Origin: Chiloscyllium plagiosum
Taxonomy: Eukaryota
Direction of reading: 5' to 3'
Assembly (NCBI RefSeq): GCF_004010195.1
Contig: NC_057760.1
Coordinates: 3,800,901-3,863,690 of the forward strand
Length of the DNA stretch: 62,790 nucleotides
Shown here: positions 49,401 through 61,499 of the stretch, in pieces
Position numbering within the stretch: the first letter of the stretch is position 1
Layout of the letters: each line of letters opens with the position of its first letter
The notes under the pieces: model-generated
What the model was told of the DNA's origin: nothing
Databases searched by the model: none
The model's input: the letters and a program-made list of their open reading frames with translations, nothing else
Program-made: the position numbers and the translations under genes

Positions 49401-50790
49401 TAATGTGGAGCTGAATGTATAAGTGGAGCTCTGGAGGTGACATTACAACTCAAAAAGTTGTGTTACCTTGGCTCCTCAGGAACCTGGTTTTCAGACTGAG
49501 TGAATCGTGTCTGCAGGGAGACTAGGTGCTTAATTTTTATAGTTGTTGTCTGCTAGGAATAGAGTGGGAGTAAGAGTCCTGAGTTTGGTGACTAGTGTTT
49601 CAGTTAGTGCAGTCAGTTCCTGAATTGTTGTCTGTAGTTAATAAAGTTGAGTGGCATGAGAACTTTCCCCCACAGAATGCTCTTCCTGCAATGTGTGGGA
49701 AATCAGGGACATTACCAGTGTCTATGAAATATGCAGGAAATGTGTTCACCTGCAGATGGACTCACTATGGAGCATCCCTTAGGATGAGAGAATGTCATGA
49801 GTTGCTCACGACAACAGAAACAGCTGCACAGAAAAGAGTTGGGTGATCATGAGGAAGGTGAGTTAAGTGTTGACGGGCAGTGTAGGAGTCCCATGTGGCC
49901 ATTCCCCTGTCAAACTGGTATGTACTGTTGGCGGGGGATGGCCTGTCAGGGAAAGCAGCAGTCACATAGGTGACACCACGATTGCTGCTGTTGTACAGCA
50001 TGGAGGGCTGAAGTGCAAGTGGACAGTAGTGACAGGGGACTCTATAGAAAAGGCATTTCTCTGGCTGCAAGTGACACTCCCAGGACAGTATATTTCCTCC
50101 CTGGGGTCAGGGTCACGCATGCATCTGAACACGAACAGGGGTGGGAAAGTAGCAGAGGTTGTGGTCCATATTGGTACCAAAGACATCAGCAGAGAGAGAG
50201 AGAGAGAGATGTGACCCTGCAAAGGGAATTCTGGGAGTTTGGTGAAAAGCAGTACCTCTATGATTGCGATGTCAGGATTACTTCCCATGCTATGTGCCAG
50301 TATAGCTAGATAGTGAGTACAGTTAAATACATGGCTAAAGAACTGGTGTAGGAGTTTCAAGTACATGGATCATTGGGAGGTCTTCTGGGCCAGGTGGGAC
50401 CTGTCCAAGAAGAACAGGCTGCACTTAAACTGTACGGGCACCAAAATCCTGGCAGGGAGCTTTGCTAGTGCCAGTCAGGAGAGTTTAAATTTGTGTGACC
50501 CTGGGGAAGGGGTGGGGGGAAGGAGCTGTCGGTCAACAAGTCAAGTGACCAAGGAGGAATCAAAGACTGAGAGCAGTCACACTAAGAGTAAGGGCAGACA
50601 GAGAGGGGATACCGAACATGGCAGGACTGATGGTCTGAGGTGCATTTGTTTTAAAATGAGGTGTATGACAGATAAGGCAGTTGAACTTGGAATAATATAT
50701 ATAACAAGGATATAGCTATTACAGAGACTTAGTAGAGAGAAGAACAAAGACTGGCAGCTTAATGTTCCAGGATTTGGATGTTAGCGGAAT
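49150..50790 (+). mobile_element. Degraded CR1 LINE 5' end (5' tandem repeat, ORF1 esterase remnants, start of ORF2)
   Basis: VVTGDS, VVVHIGTKD, DHWEVFWARWDL and RLHLN resemble the ORF1 at 61.5-62.4 kb. Confidence 0.75.
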
Positions 50791-51559
50791 ATGGACCATG
50801 TAAAGGCAAAAGTCTTTTAGTTTAGAAAGGCATCATGTAATGGCACAGTCTTCGTGGGCTGAATGGCCTGTTGGCGTGTTGTAGTAATCTTTGTCCAAGC
50901 ACAGAGGGGTTAAAGGCTGTTTATTTTGAGGAGCAAGTTTGAAAGATAAGAGCAATAGGTAAAGAGAGGGAACCATTTGCAACATCAGCTGAACTGGGAC
51001 TGAATGGGAGGTTGAGTGAGTAGCGATTTAGTATGAATAAAGCCAAACAGCAGAAAATAGGTGTTATGGATAAAATGAGCTTGGTAAAGGTATGGGGGAG
51101 ATAGGAAAGATAGAGATTTATTCAGGTAAAGAAGAGTTGATTTTAGATGGAGGTGTTCTTTATCAAAGTGGAAGCAGAACCTAAGGGACAGGGAGTGAAG
51201 AGGCAATTTTAATCTAAGCTACATGCTGGGTGACCACAGAATTAGGTTTACAAGCAGCATTCCACTGAGCCCATGGGTTCCCCAACTGGGGGATTAGGTT
51301 GGTATCCCTCAGAAACAATACTGTCTTACCTTCTACATCGTTCAGACCTACATCAAGTCAATAATGACCATGTTTCATTGATACGGCTATCAGTTATAAT
51401 AAATTAAATGAACCAATTATTTTAAGGAGTTCAGGAAGTTTGTACACTGGCTGTGTGCTTGCCTTCTCCCTATGCTCACCCTCTGTCCACCGTCACCCAC
51501 TCAAAGGCTGAGTTTTTCAAGCAATGTGGAATTTGAGTTGTTTCAATAAGTTGCTTGTA

Positions 51560-51746
51560 CTTTGTTAACATGTCGAGAGTGTGGTGCTGGAAAAACACAG
51601 CAGGTCAGGCAGCAGCCAAGGAGCAGGAGAATAAACGTTTTGGGCATACGCCCTTCATCAGGAATATATGGTGCTTTTCTAGCATCACACTCTCGACTTT
51701 GATCTCCAGCATCTGTTGTCCTCACTTTCTCCTTTGTTAACATGTC
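51560..51746. mobile_element. PLE-derived fold-back short element with 15-bp TSD
   Basis: TSD ctttgttaacatgtc at 51560-51574 and 51732-51746. Confidence 0.85.
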
Positions 51747-52294
51747 ATTACTGATCAGAGTTTGGATTCACTGCTCAAAATGTGGACAGAAAGTTGTTTC
51801 ACAATCATCATCTAGTCACTAAAACACTGAATAAACACAAATACTGAACACCCCCTATAGACAGTGGTGTTGTACATGAAACAATCATTATTTACAAAAA
51901 GGAAATAAGCCATTCAAGACAACCAGTCCGTCTGTGTTTAACCTTCCCTCATGTGAACAGTTCTAATCACATCTACGTGTTTTGTTCCCTAACTTTCAAC
52001 CACCAAATCAGTTCAGTCTACTCAAATCTGGAATGTTGACAGTAATTACCTCAAACACTGACCCTGGGTGTGAATTGCATCGCCTCACAACTGTAAACAT
52101 TTCCCCTGACCTCTACTCTTTCAGATATTTGTTGCCCCTCATTCCAAAAAACAGTTGGAAACAAGTTATTTCTATTCACTGTTTCTGTTATGGTTAAATG
52201 GTCCTGTCACATCACTCTGTAATCTATGTTCTAGCTAAACAAAACACAATTTCTGATCTTTGCACAGTCATTTGTTTAGAATTAGAATTTTTTA

Positions 52295-52597
52295 AAATTA
52301 GGATTAGAATCCCTACAGTGTGCAAACAGGCCCTTCAGCCCAACAATTCCACACTGACCCTCCAAAGAGTAACCCACCCAGACACGTTCCCTGACATTAC
52401 CCCTGACAAATAACCTACACTATTGGGAATTTAGCATCTTTGGACTGTGGGAGGAAACCAGAGCACCCGGAGGAAATCCACGCAGACGCGGGGAGAATGT
52501 ACAAACTCCACACAGTCAGTCGCCCTGAGGCTGGAATCAAACCCGGGACCCTGGTGCTGTGAGGCAGCAGCGCTAACCACTGAGCCTCTTTGCCACT
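52295..52597 (-). mobile_element. V-SINE (HE1-like)
   Basis: Same family as 46170-46450, reverse orientation. Confidence 0.85.
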
Positions 52598-52812
52598 CCA
52601 CGCCTCAGTAGATCTGTACTGAACGCTCTTTGCTGCTTTAATGCACCTCCCATAGTTTGTGGTGCTCCATATCGTGCAGTATCTTGACTGAGATCTGATA
52701 AAGGTTTTCTATTGGCTTGGCTTTAACAGGTTAGAGAAAGAGATTTGAAAGAAACATGCAAGAGGGACTGAGATTTAATACAAATAAAGAGATGCAGTAA
52801 GAATAAATTCAC

Positions 52813-52991
52813 CTGGTTGAGGACTACCCAATTTGGGTCAATCTGTGCATCACCCTCAGGATCCAGAACGACAGTCTGATAGGCTCGGAAATCAGTAAGA
52901 GTGACCTCTGCACTCTCAGGACAGACATCAAACTGGTCAAAGACAGCATCATTATCAAAGTCATTTTCGCAAGCATCACCAATCCCGTTAT
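52813..52991 (-). CDS. THBS3: Thrombospondin-3 exon (last type 3 repeat and start of C-terminal lectin-like domain)
   Basis: [14 protein letters not shown]...[37 protein letters not shown], 179 nt, GT-AG, phases consistent. Confidence 0.96.
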
Positions 52992-53229
52992 CTAGATAAA
53001 GGACAAGCCACACATCAGAATGAAACAATGGCACTGACTCATCTGACCCAGCTACTGGGAATCAACTCCCCCTCCTGCTCCAAAAATTCATGCATTCCTC
53101 GAACCTCCACACCATCACTGAACCTCAACTCCACCTCTCAATTAACCCTCATCCTCAAACCCTAGCGCTTTATGAAATATACATCAGAAACTACCACTTC
53201 ATGGTGAGAAAGTTGGTTTGAGACACAGT

Positions 53230-55513
53230 AGCATAGTAATAGAAGCAGGAGTAGGCCATTTTGCCCATTGAGCTTGCTCTAGCATTCATTAAGATCATGG
53301 CTGATCTATCCATCATCTCAGCTCCTCCTATCTGCATTATCCCCATAACCCTTAATTCCCTACCATGCAAAAACCCATCCAACTGTGTCTTGAATATATT
53401 TAATGAGGCTGCCTCTACTGCTTCCTTGGGCAGAGAGTTCCATCGATTCACTCCTCTCTGGAAAAAACAATTCCTCCTCATCTCTGTCCTAAATCTATTA
53501 CCCTATAATCTTGAGGCCATGTCCCCTAGTTCTGGTTTCGCCAGCAGAAACAACTTGTCTATCTATATCTTATCTATCCCTTTCATAATTTTATATGTTT
53601 CTATAAGATCCCCTGTCATTTATCTAAATTCTAGAGAGTACAGTCCCAGGAGACTCAACCTCCCCTCATAGGATAACCCCCTCATTTCCGGAATCAATCT
53701 AGCGAACTTCCTCTGCACCACTTCCAAAGCCAGTATATCCTCCTTCAAGGAAGGAGACCAGAATTGCGCACAATACTCTAAGTGTGGCCTCACCAACACC
53801 TTGTACAATTGCAGCAGAACCTCCCTGCTCTTAAATTCAATCCTATGACAGTGAAAGCCAATATTCCGTTTGCCTTCCTGATTACCCATCACACCTGCAA
53901 ATCAACTTTTAGCGATTCATGTACAAGCACTCCTAAGTCTTTCTGCACAATAGCATGCTGCAATCTTTCACCTCTTTAAATAATGCTCTGACCTATTATT
54001 TTTACTTACAAAGTGAATAACCTCACATTTACCAACATTGTATTCCATCTGCCAGACTCTTGCCCACTCTTTTAACCTATCTAAATCTCTCTGCAGACCC
54101 TCCACTTCCTCTGCACAGTTTGCCTTTCCACTCAATTTAGTGTCATCAGCAAACTTGGATATGTTACACTCGGTCTCCTCTTCCAAATCAATTTTATTCA
54201 TATCATGAACAGTTGCAGGCCCAACACTGACCCCTGTGACACCCCACTCACCACTGATCTCCAAACAGAGAAACACCCATTTATCCCAGATCTCTGCTTG
54301 CTGTTGGTTAACCAGTTCCCTATCCATGCTAGTACATTCCCCACAGCCCCATGCATTCTTATCTTATGGATGAGTCTTTTATGTGGCACTTTATCGAACA
54401 CCTTCTGGAAATCCAAGTATACAACATCCACCTGTTCCCGTCCATCCAACGTGCTTGTTACGTCCTCAAAGAACTCCACTACGTTTGTCAAACACGACCT
54501 TCCCTTCCTGAATCCATGCTGTATCTGCCTGACGGAACCCTTTCCATTCAGATGTCTCACTATTTCTTCTTTAATGATAGCCTCCAGCATCTCCCCTATT
54601 ACAGATGTTAAGCGAACTGGCCGAGAGTTACCTGCCTTTTGCCTACACACCCCTTTTTAAACAGAAGTGTGACATCCGCTGTGTTCCAGTCCACTGGGAC
54701 CTGCCAGGAGTCCAGTGAATTTTGGTAAATTACCACTAACATATCTACTATAACTTCCTCCATTTCTTTCAGCACCCTGGAATGCATTCCATCGGGACCA
54801 GGGGATTTATCTACCTTGAGACCCTCAAGTTTGCTCAACACTACCCCTTTAGTGATAACAATTGAATTGAAGTCCTCACCTCCCATCATTTCTTTAACAT
54901 CATTCTTTGGCATGTTAGATACATCTTCCAGCGTGAAGACTGATACAAAATACTTATTCAAGGTCTAGCCATTTCAGCATTACCCATTCTCATCCTGCAA
55001 GGGACTTATGTCCACTTTAGCCACCCCTTTCTGTTTTATATTTTCATAAAAACCTTTCCTGCGTGTTTTTTTTTATATTCTGTGCTATGTTGCATTCATA
55101 ATCTAGCTTTCCTTTCTTTATTACTTGCATTGTGGCTCTTTGTTGCTTTTTAACGTTTTCCCAATCTTCCTGTTTTCCATTACTCTTGGCTACTTTGTCA
55201 GCCTGAGCTTTTAATCAGATGCCTCCCTTTATTTCTTCGGCTATCCAAGGCTGGCTCTTCCTACCTTTGCTATCCTTGTTTTTGACTGGATTATGCTTTC
55301 CTTGAGCACTGTGAAAATCTCTTTGAAAGTCCTCCACTGATCCTCACCATTCCACCATATAACCTTTGTTCCTGGTCAAACTTAGCCAACTCTTTCCTCA
55401 TCCCATTATAGTCTCCCTTGTTTAAGCATAACACCGTGGTTTCAGACGATACTATTTCACTCTCCATTTGTATCTGAAATTCGACCATATTGTGATCACT
55501 CTTTCCGAGAGTC
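53230..55513 (-). mobile_element. 5'-truncated CR1 LINE (end of endonuclease through RT to 3' end) in a THBS3 intron
   Basis: LGKSDHNMVEF, KSPGPDGMH, QHGFRKGRSCLTN, YLDFQKVFDKVPH, QGSVLG and KFADDTKL across frameshifted ORFs. Confidence 0.92.
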
Positions 55514-55519
55514 ACTAAC

Positions 55520-55713
55520 CATCAGAATCCTTCTGATTGGGGTTCACAATTAAGCGGCAATTATCAGGACCCGATGGCCCATAGTCAGGAACCCCATCAT
55601 TGTCATCATCATCATCACACTCATCGCCCAACCCGTCATTGTCAGAGTCCAACTGAGAGCTGTTAGGAGTTTCTGGACAATTGTCTTTGGAGTCCTGATG
55701 CCCATCGCCATCA
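55520..55713 (-). CDS. THBS3: Thrombospondin-3 exon (type 3 repeats [13 protein letters not shown]...PNQKDSD)
   Basis: ttgtag| acceptor, G|gttagt donor, 194 nt. [15 protein letters not shown] resembles THBS3 GIPDYVPPGPDNCRL. Confidence 0.95.
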
Positions 55714-55947
55714 CTACAACCCAAACCCAACAAAAAATAGTCATCATTTCACCATAATATACACAAGTAGTGTCAACAGCTCACCATCTCTCTCTGTCTC
55801 TCACTCACACACACACAGAGTCAATAACTCATCATTACACATACACACACGCACACACGGCCAATATCTTACCATTACATACACACACATGGTCAATATC
55901 TCACCATTACATACACACACACACATGCACACACTCAATATCTCTAT

Positions 55948-56885
55948 AGAACCCTGTTAGACCACACTTGGAAAATTGTGTTCAGTTCTGGTCACCTCAT
56001 TATAGGAAGGATGTGGAAGCTTTAGAGAGGTACAGAGGAGAGTTACCAGGATACTGCCTGGACTGGAGGGCATGTCTTATGAAGAAGGTTGAGGGAGCTA
56101 GGGCATTTCTCATTGAAGCAAATAAGGACAAGATATAGGTGTGCAAGATGGAAGGAGGCATAGACAGAGTGGATGGCCAGAGACTTTTTCCCAGGGCAGG
56201 AATATCTATCAGGAGGGTTAAGGTAATTGAGGAAGGTTTAAGGGAGATGTCAGAGGTCGGTTCTTTACACAGAGAGTGGTGGGTGTGTGGAATGCACTGC
56301 CATCAGGGTAATAAAGTCAGATACATTAGGGACATTTAAGCAACTTTTAGATGGGCCTGGAATGGAGAGGAAGTCGTACGAGGATAGGTTGAGAGTTCTC
56401 GGCCTTTTCTCGTTGGAACGGCGAAGGATGAGGGGTGACTTGATAGAGGTTTATAAGATGATCAGAGGAATAGATAGAGTAGACAGTCAGAAACTTTTCC
56501 CCCGGGTACAACAGAGTGTTACAAGGGGACATAAATATAAGGTGAAGGGTGGAAGGTATAGGGGAGATGTCAGGGGTAGGTTCTTTACCCAGAGAGTGGT
56601 GGGGGCATGGAATGCGCTGCCCGTGGGAGTGGTAGAGTCGGAATCATTGGCGACCTTTAAGCGGCATTTGGATAGGTACATGGATGGGTACTTAATCTAG
56701 GTTAGAAGTTCGGCACAACATCGTGGGCCGAAGGGCCTGTTCTGTGCTGTATTGTTCTATGTTCTATGTTCTATGGGCACATGACAAATAGTATAATGAA
56801 GGAAATGCAGATTAGTTTGATCTTAAGAGTACGATAAGAGGTCAACACAACATTGAGGGCTGAAGAGCCTATATTATTTTATGTA
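55948..56885 (+). mobile_element. Two nested CR1 3' ends; the inner copy (about 56352-56775) has a (TTCTATG)n tail
   Basis: Two RRMRGDLIEVYKM-type segments and a microsatellite tail at 56753-56776. Confidence 0.85.
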
Positions 56886-57069
56886 CTACCTCACCATTAC
56901 ATACACACAGACACAGACAATAATATCTTAGCATTACACAGACACACATACACAGACACAGACACACACATGGTCAATATCTCACCATTACTTACAGACA
57001 CATATACTCAATATCTCCATAACATACACAAACAATGATCACTATCTCACCATGACACACAATCACCAA

Positions 57070-57940
57070 TACAGAATTGGTTGTTTCCCCATTTTCCAGT
57101 TGGCATCCCATGACAATGGGCTTCCACAGGGGTCAGTGCTGACATCGCAAATGTTTACAATAAATATTAATGACTTGGAGAAAGGAAGTGAATACACTAT
57201 AACCAAATTTGCAGACAACAGTAAAATAGGTGGCAAGGAAGGTTGCAAGAGGGATAAAAACAATTTACAGAGCGATCGTGGGAGATTATTAAGTGGGCAA
57301 GACATTGGGAAATGGAATATAATGTGAGAAAATGCAAAGCTGTTATTGTGGAAGGGAGAACAAAAGAACAGGATATTATTTAAATGGATAAAAAACTGTA
57401 GAAAGCTGTAATATACAGGGACTTGGTGGTACATGTGCATGAAACACAGGAAGCCGTAACACAAGGGCAGCAGTATTCAGGAAGGCGAATGGAATGTTGA
57501 CCCTTATTTCAAGGGGGGTTGGAGTATACAGGTAGGAAAGTCTGACTGCAACTGTACAAGGTGAGATCACATCTCGAGGACTGTGAGCTGTCTTGATCTC
57601 CTTACTTAAGGAAAGATATTTCATTAGAGGTTGTTCAGAGAAGGGTCTCTCGGACGATTCCTGTTATGGAAGGATTGTCTTATGAGCAAAGATTGGAACA
57701 CTACTTGTCGGAGTTTAGAAGAATGAGAGGTGATCTCATTGAAAGATATCAGATTCTTTAGGGGCTTGACAGGGTCAATGCTGAGAGGGAGAGTCTAGGC
57801 TCAGAGGACACAGTCTCAGAATAAACGGGTGCCAATTTAAGATCGAGATGAGAAGGAATTTCTTCTATCAGTGGATTGAATATCTTTGGAACTCATTGCC
57901 ACAAAGAACTATAGGAGCACAGTTTTTCAGTATATTTAAG
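57070..57940 (+). mobile_element. Degraded CR1 LINE 3' fragment
   Basis: GLPQGSVL...ININDL...KFADNSKIGG followed by CR1 3' region. Confidence 0.8.
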
Positions 57941-58791
57941 ATGGAGGGCTTTTGCCCGAAACGTCTACTCACCTGCTCCTCAGATGCTGCCTGACCTGCT
58001 GTGCTTTTCCAGCACCACACTCTCAACACACAAACAGCAGTCAACAACTCATAACATGCACACAAAATGGCCAATGTTCATTATAGTGAAAAAATAAGTC
58101 AACATTCATTATGACGTACACAAAATGGATATGTATGCAAAAAAACAAGATATGGTCAGAGTAAAACAGATAATGATGGGAACAGAAATGACGCCTGAAT
58201 TGGAATTGCAGGAATGGTAGACAACAGATAACAGAAAAACAATGCTCAGAAGAGGGAAGAATGGATCAGTGGAGGTGTACAAGGAACAGGAATCATGTCA
58301 TGATGGTGGGTTGGAGAAGTGGAAGGATGAGAACAAGAGCAGACACCGGCAGGAAGCATGTGGGAGGTCGTGTAGGTGCAGTGGAAGATGTTAGGATGAA
58401 TAGTCATTAGGCCAGAAACTTAAAAGGTATTAATCAGAAAACTTTCTCCCTCCTCAACTACATCTGCTGCATGTGTACAGGGGCTGTAGATATTGGAGGA
58501 GGTTTCCTAATGAGATGTTCATTACGTGTATGCAACTTATTGTCTACATTAAATCCTGTGCAAGTGCATAATTGATAATCTTCTACCTAAGATTTTTGCT
58601 TCTATTAGGTAGAGACTATCAGCAGCACGTTCCACAAAAACAGGCATTACAATTAGGCTTCATCCTGAACTCTTTGATGACACAGACCAATGGATTTTGC
58701 AGAATGGATCACGAGACAAATGATCAGAAAATTGTTACTAATACTATTGGTACTATTGAAAATGGAATCATATTAAACTGCACAGCTAGGT

Positions 58792-58880
58792 AGTGTGTGT
58801 GTGTGTGTGCACTAGAGAGAGAGAGAGAGAGAGAGGTGTGTGAGTGAGTGAATGAGTGACAGAGAGAGAGAGAGACAGAG
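58792..58880. repeat. (TG)n and (AG)n microsatellites
   Basis: Directly visible dinucleotide runs just downstream of a THBS3 donor. Confidence 0.9.
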
Positions 58881-58924
58881 ACCATAAACTGGGAGTATGT
58901 GCAGTTTAAAAGACAGTGACATAC

Positions 58925-58977
58925 CTGTCTTGATTATTATCACAAGCATCGCCAACAAGATCATCATCTGCATCAGT
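58925..58977 (-). CDS. THBS3: Thrombospondin-3 exon (type 3 repeat TDADDDLVGDACDNNQD-S)
   Basis: ctatag| acceptor, AG|gtatgt donor, 53 nt. Calcium-binding type 3 repeat. Confidence 0.9.
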
Positions 58978-59074
58978 CTATAGACAGAAAACAAAATTAG
59001 ACAAATTCATTTAGAATGCAACTCACCCGTAACATTACAACAAACACATGAATACCTAACTTCAAACGCAAGTC

Positions 59075-59320
59075 TCCCCTAACCTCACACCAAACGCAGG
59101 CCTCCCCCAAGCACATTCCTAATGCAGGCCTCCCCTAACCCCACTCCTAAGGCAGGCCTCCCCTAACCGCACTCTAAACACAGGCCTCCCCTAACCGCAC
59201 TCCTAACACAGGCCTCCCCTAACCTCACACCAAACGCAGGTCTCCCCTAAGCTCTCACCAAACGCAGGTCTCCCCTAAGCTCTCACCAAACGCAGGTCTC
59301 CCCTAAGCTCTCACCAAACA
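59075..59320. repeat. Minisatellite, 29-30-bp unit, about 8 copies
   Basis: Unit aaacgcagg[t/c]ctcccctaa[g/c]ctctcacc. Confidence 0.88.
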
Positions 59321-59589
59321 CAATCCACATGATTTACATGAAGCACAATCCCCTCAAACAAAATATGTCATTAGCAGAGTTTATTTCCACAGACAATCCA
59401 TGTACAGTCATCTATGAGCTTCACTGTCTAATTGTGACCTTGAAATCCACCTCCAGCATTCCGATCTGGATCAATGGCTGCAATCAATAGCAGAACCACC
59501 ATGAGATGGATTATTTCAACACAGCCTACAGATTAGGACAAGATTGTTTTATGACGGGTGAGTTGCTATCATCCTTTCAGATCGATAGT

Positions 59590-61465
59590 TTGTTTAAGGG
59601 ATGTATGCAACTCGGGTGTTACAGTAAACATTGATGACTTTAATCTACAAAAAGAGTTGATAAACCACATCGGCAGTAATTCTGTGGTGGATGAATTCAT
59701 GGAGTGTGTACAAGATAGATTTTTAGACCAAAACATTGAGGAACCAACGAGGGAATAGAATTAGAATCCCTACAGCGTGGCCCACCAAGTCCACACCGAC
59801 CCTCCGAAGAGTAGCCACCCAGACTCATTACCCTACATTTTCCCCTGACTAATGCACCTAACCTTCACATGCCTGAACACTATGGGCAATTTAGCCTCGC
59901 CAATTCACCTGACCTGCACAGCTTTGGATTGTGGGAGGAAACTACAGCACCAGAAGGAAACCCACGCAGACACGGGGAGAATATGCAAACTCCACCCAGA
60001 CAGTCACCCCTGGGTGGGATTGAACCCAGGTCCCTGGCACTGTGAGGCAGCAGTGCTAACCACTGAGCCACCATGCCACCCAGATTTGGATTTGTGCAAT
60101 GAGAACACATTAATTAACAATCTTTGTGGAGGTCTTTGAGGGAAATGTGATCATAACATGGGAGAATTCTTCACTTGAATAGAATGTGAAATAGTCCAAT
60201 CTGAAACTTGGCCTTCAATCTAAATAAAGGTAACTACAAAGAATGAAGGATGAGTTAGCTTCAATAAACTGAGTAATTTCACTGGAGAGCATGACAATGG
60301 TTAATATTTAAGGAACAAATGCATACATTGCAACAGCTATAGATTCCTTTCAGGTGGAAGAACATAACATGAAACCATGACTAACAAAAGAAATTAAGGT
60401 TAGTATTAGGTGCTGAGGGTTCATATAAAGTTATTAGAAAATGTAGCAAGCTTGAGGACTGGGAAAAGTTTTGAATTCAGCAAAGGTGGACAAATGATTG
60501 ATTAAGAGGGGAAAAAATAGAATTAGGAGTAAATTGAAAAGGACCATAAAAGCAGAGTGTAAAAGCTTCTATTAGCATATAAAAAGAAAAAGGTCAGTGA
60601 AAATAAATGTAGGTCCCTTACAGTCTGAACTGGGAAAATTGATAATGGAGTTAAGGAAATGGCAAAAGCAATTAAACAACTACTTTAATTCAGTCTACTG
60701 AGAAGTCACAAATAACTTCACTGAAGTACGAGGAAAACAAGGATCTATTTGGATAAAAGAACTGAAGGAACTTCCTAGCAGTCAAAAAAGGCAGTGGAGA
60801 AATGACTGAGCCTGAAAACTGAGCACTTCCCAGAGTCTGAGAAACCCATCCCAGTGTATTAAAGGAGGTGGCCATGGAAATAATGGATGTGTTGGGTTGT
60901 CAGCTTCAAAATTTTGTAGATTATGGAAAAGAATAGAGGTTAGAAATGCAACCCTCACTGTTTAAAAAAGGAGGGAGAGAGAACATCAGGAATTCCAGAA
61001 GCCTGACATCAATTGTCGGGAAAATTCTCAAGCCTACTACAAAGGATAGGATAAAATAATGTTTAGGAAATACCAATGGGATTACACAAAGTCAACATGG
61101 GTTCATGAAAGGCAAATGGTGTTTGACAAACTTACTGGAGATTTGCAAGGCTATAACGAGTGGTAAATATAGAGAGAACCAGTGGGTGTCGTATGCTTGG
61201 ATTTTCAGAAAGCTTTTGATAAAGTCCTACTTTAGAGGCTTCCGTGTCAAATTAAAGCACATGGGATTGAGGGGAATATACTGTCATGGACTGAGAACAG
61301 GAAGCAGAGGGTCAGAATAAATGGGTCTTTTTCAGCGCGGATGGTGGAAACAAGTGTTGTACTGCTGGGATAAATGCTTCCCCCAGCTACTCACAATATT
61401 TATCCATCTGGATGAGGGAATGCAGTGTAATATTGCCAAGTTTGCAGATGACACTAAACTAGGTA
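59590..61465 (+). mobile_element. Degraded CR1 LINE ORF2 fragment with a nested SINE
   Basis: Endonuclease and RT remnants (FLDQNIEEPTRE, SQHGFMKGKWCLTNLLE, KFADDTKL) with many stops. Confidence 0.8.
59755..60080 (-). mobile_element. V-SINE (HE1-like) nested in a CR1 fragment
   Basis: Same family, reverse orientation. Confidence 0.85.
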
Positions 61466-61499
61466 TGAGTGGCTTCAAGGTGACTTAGTCAGATTGAGT

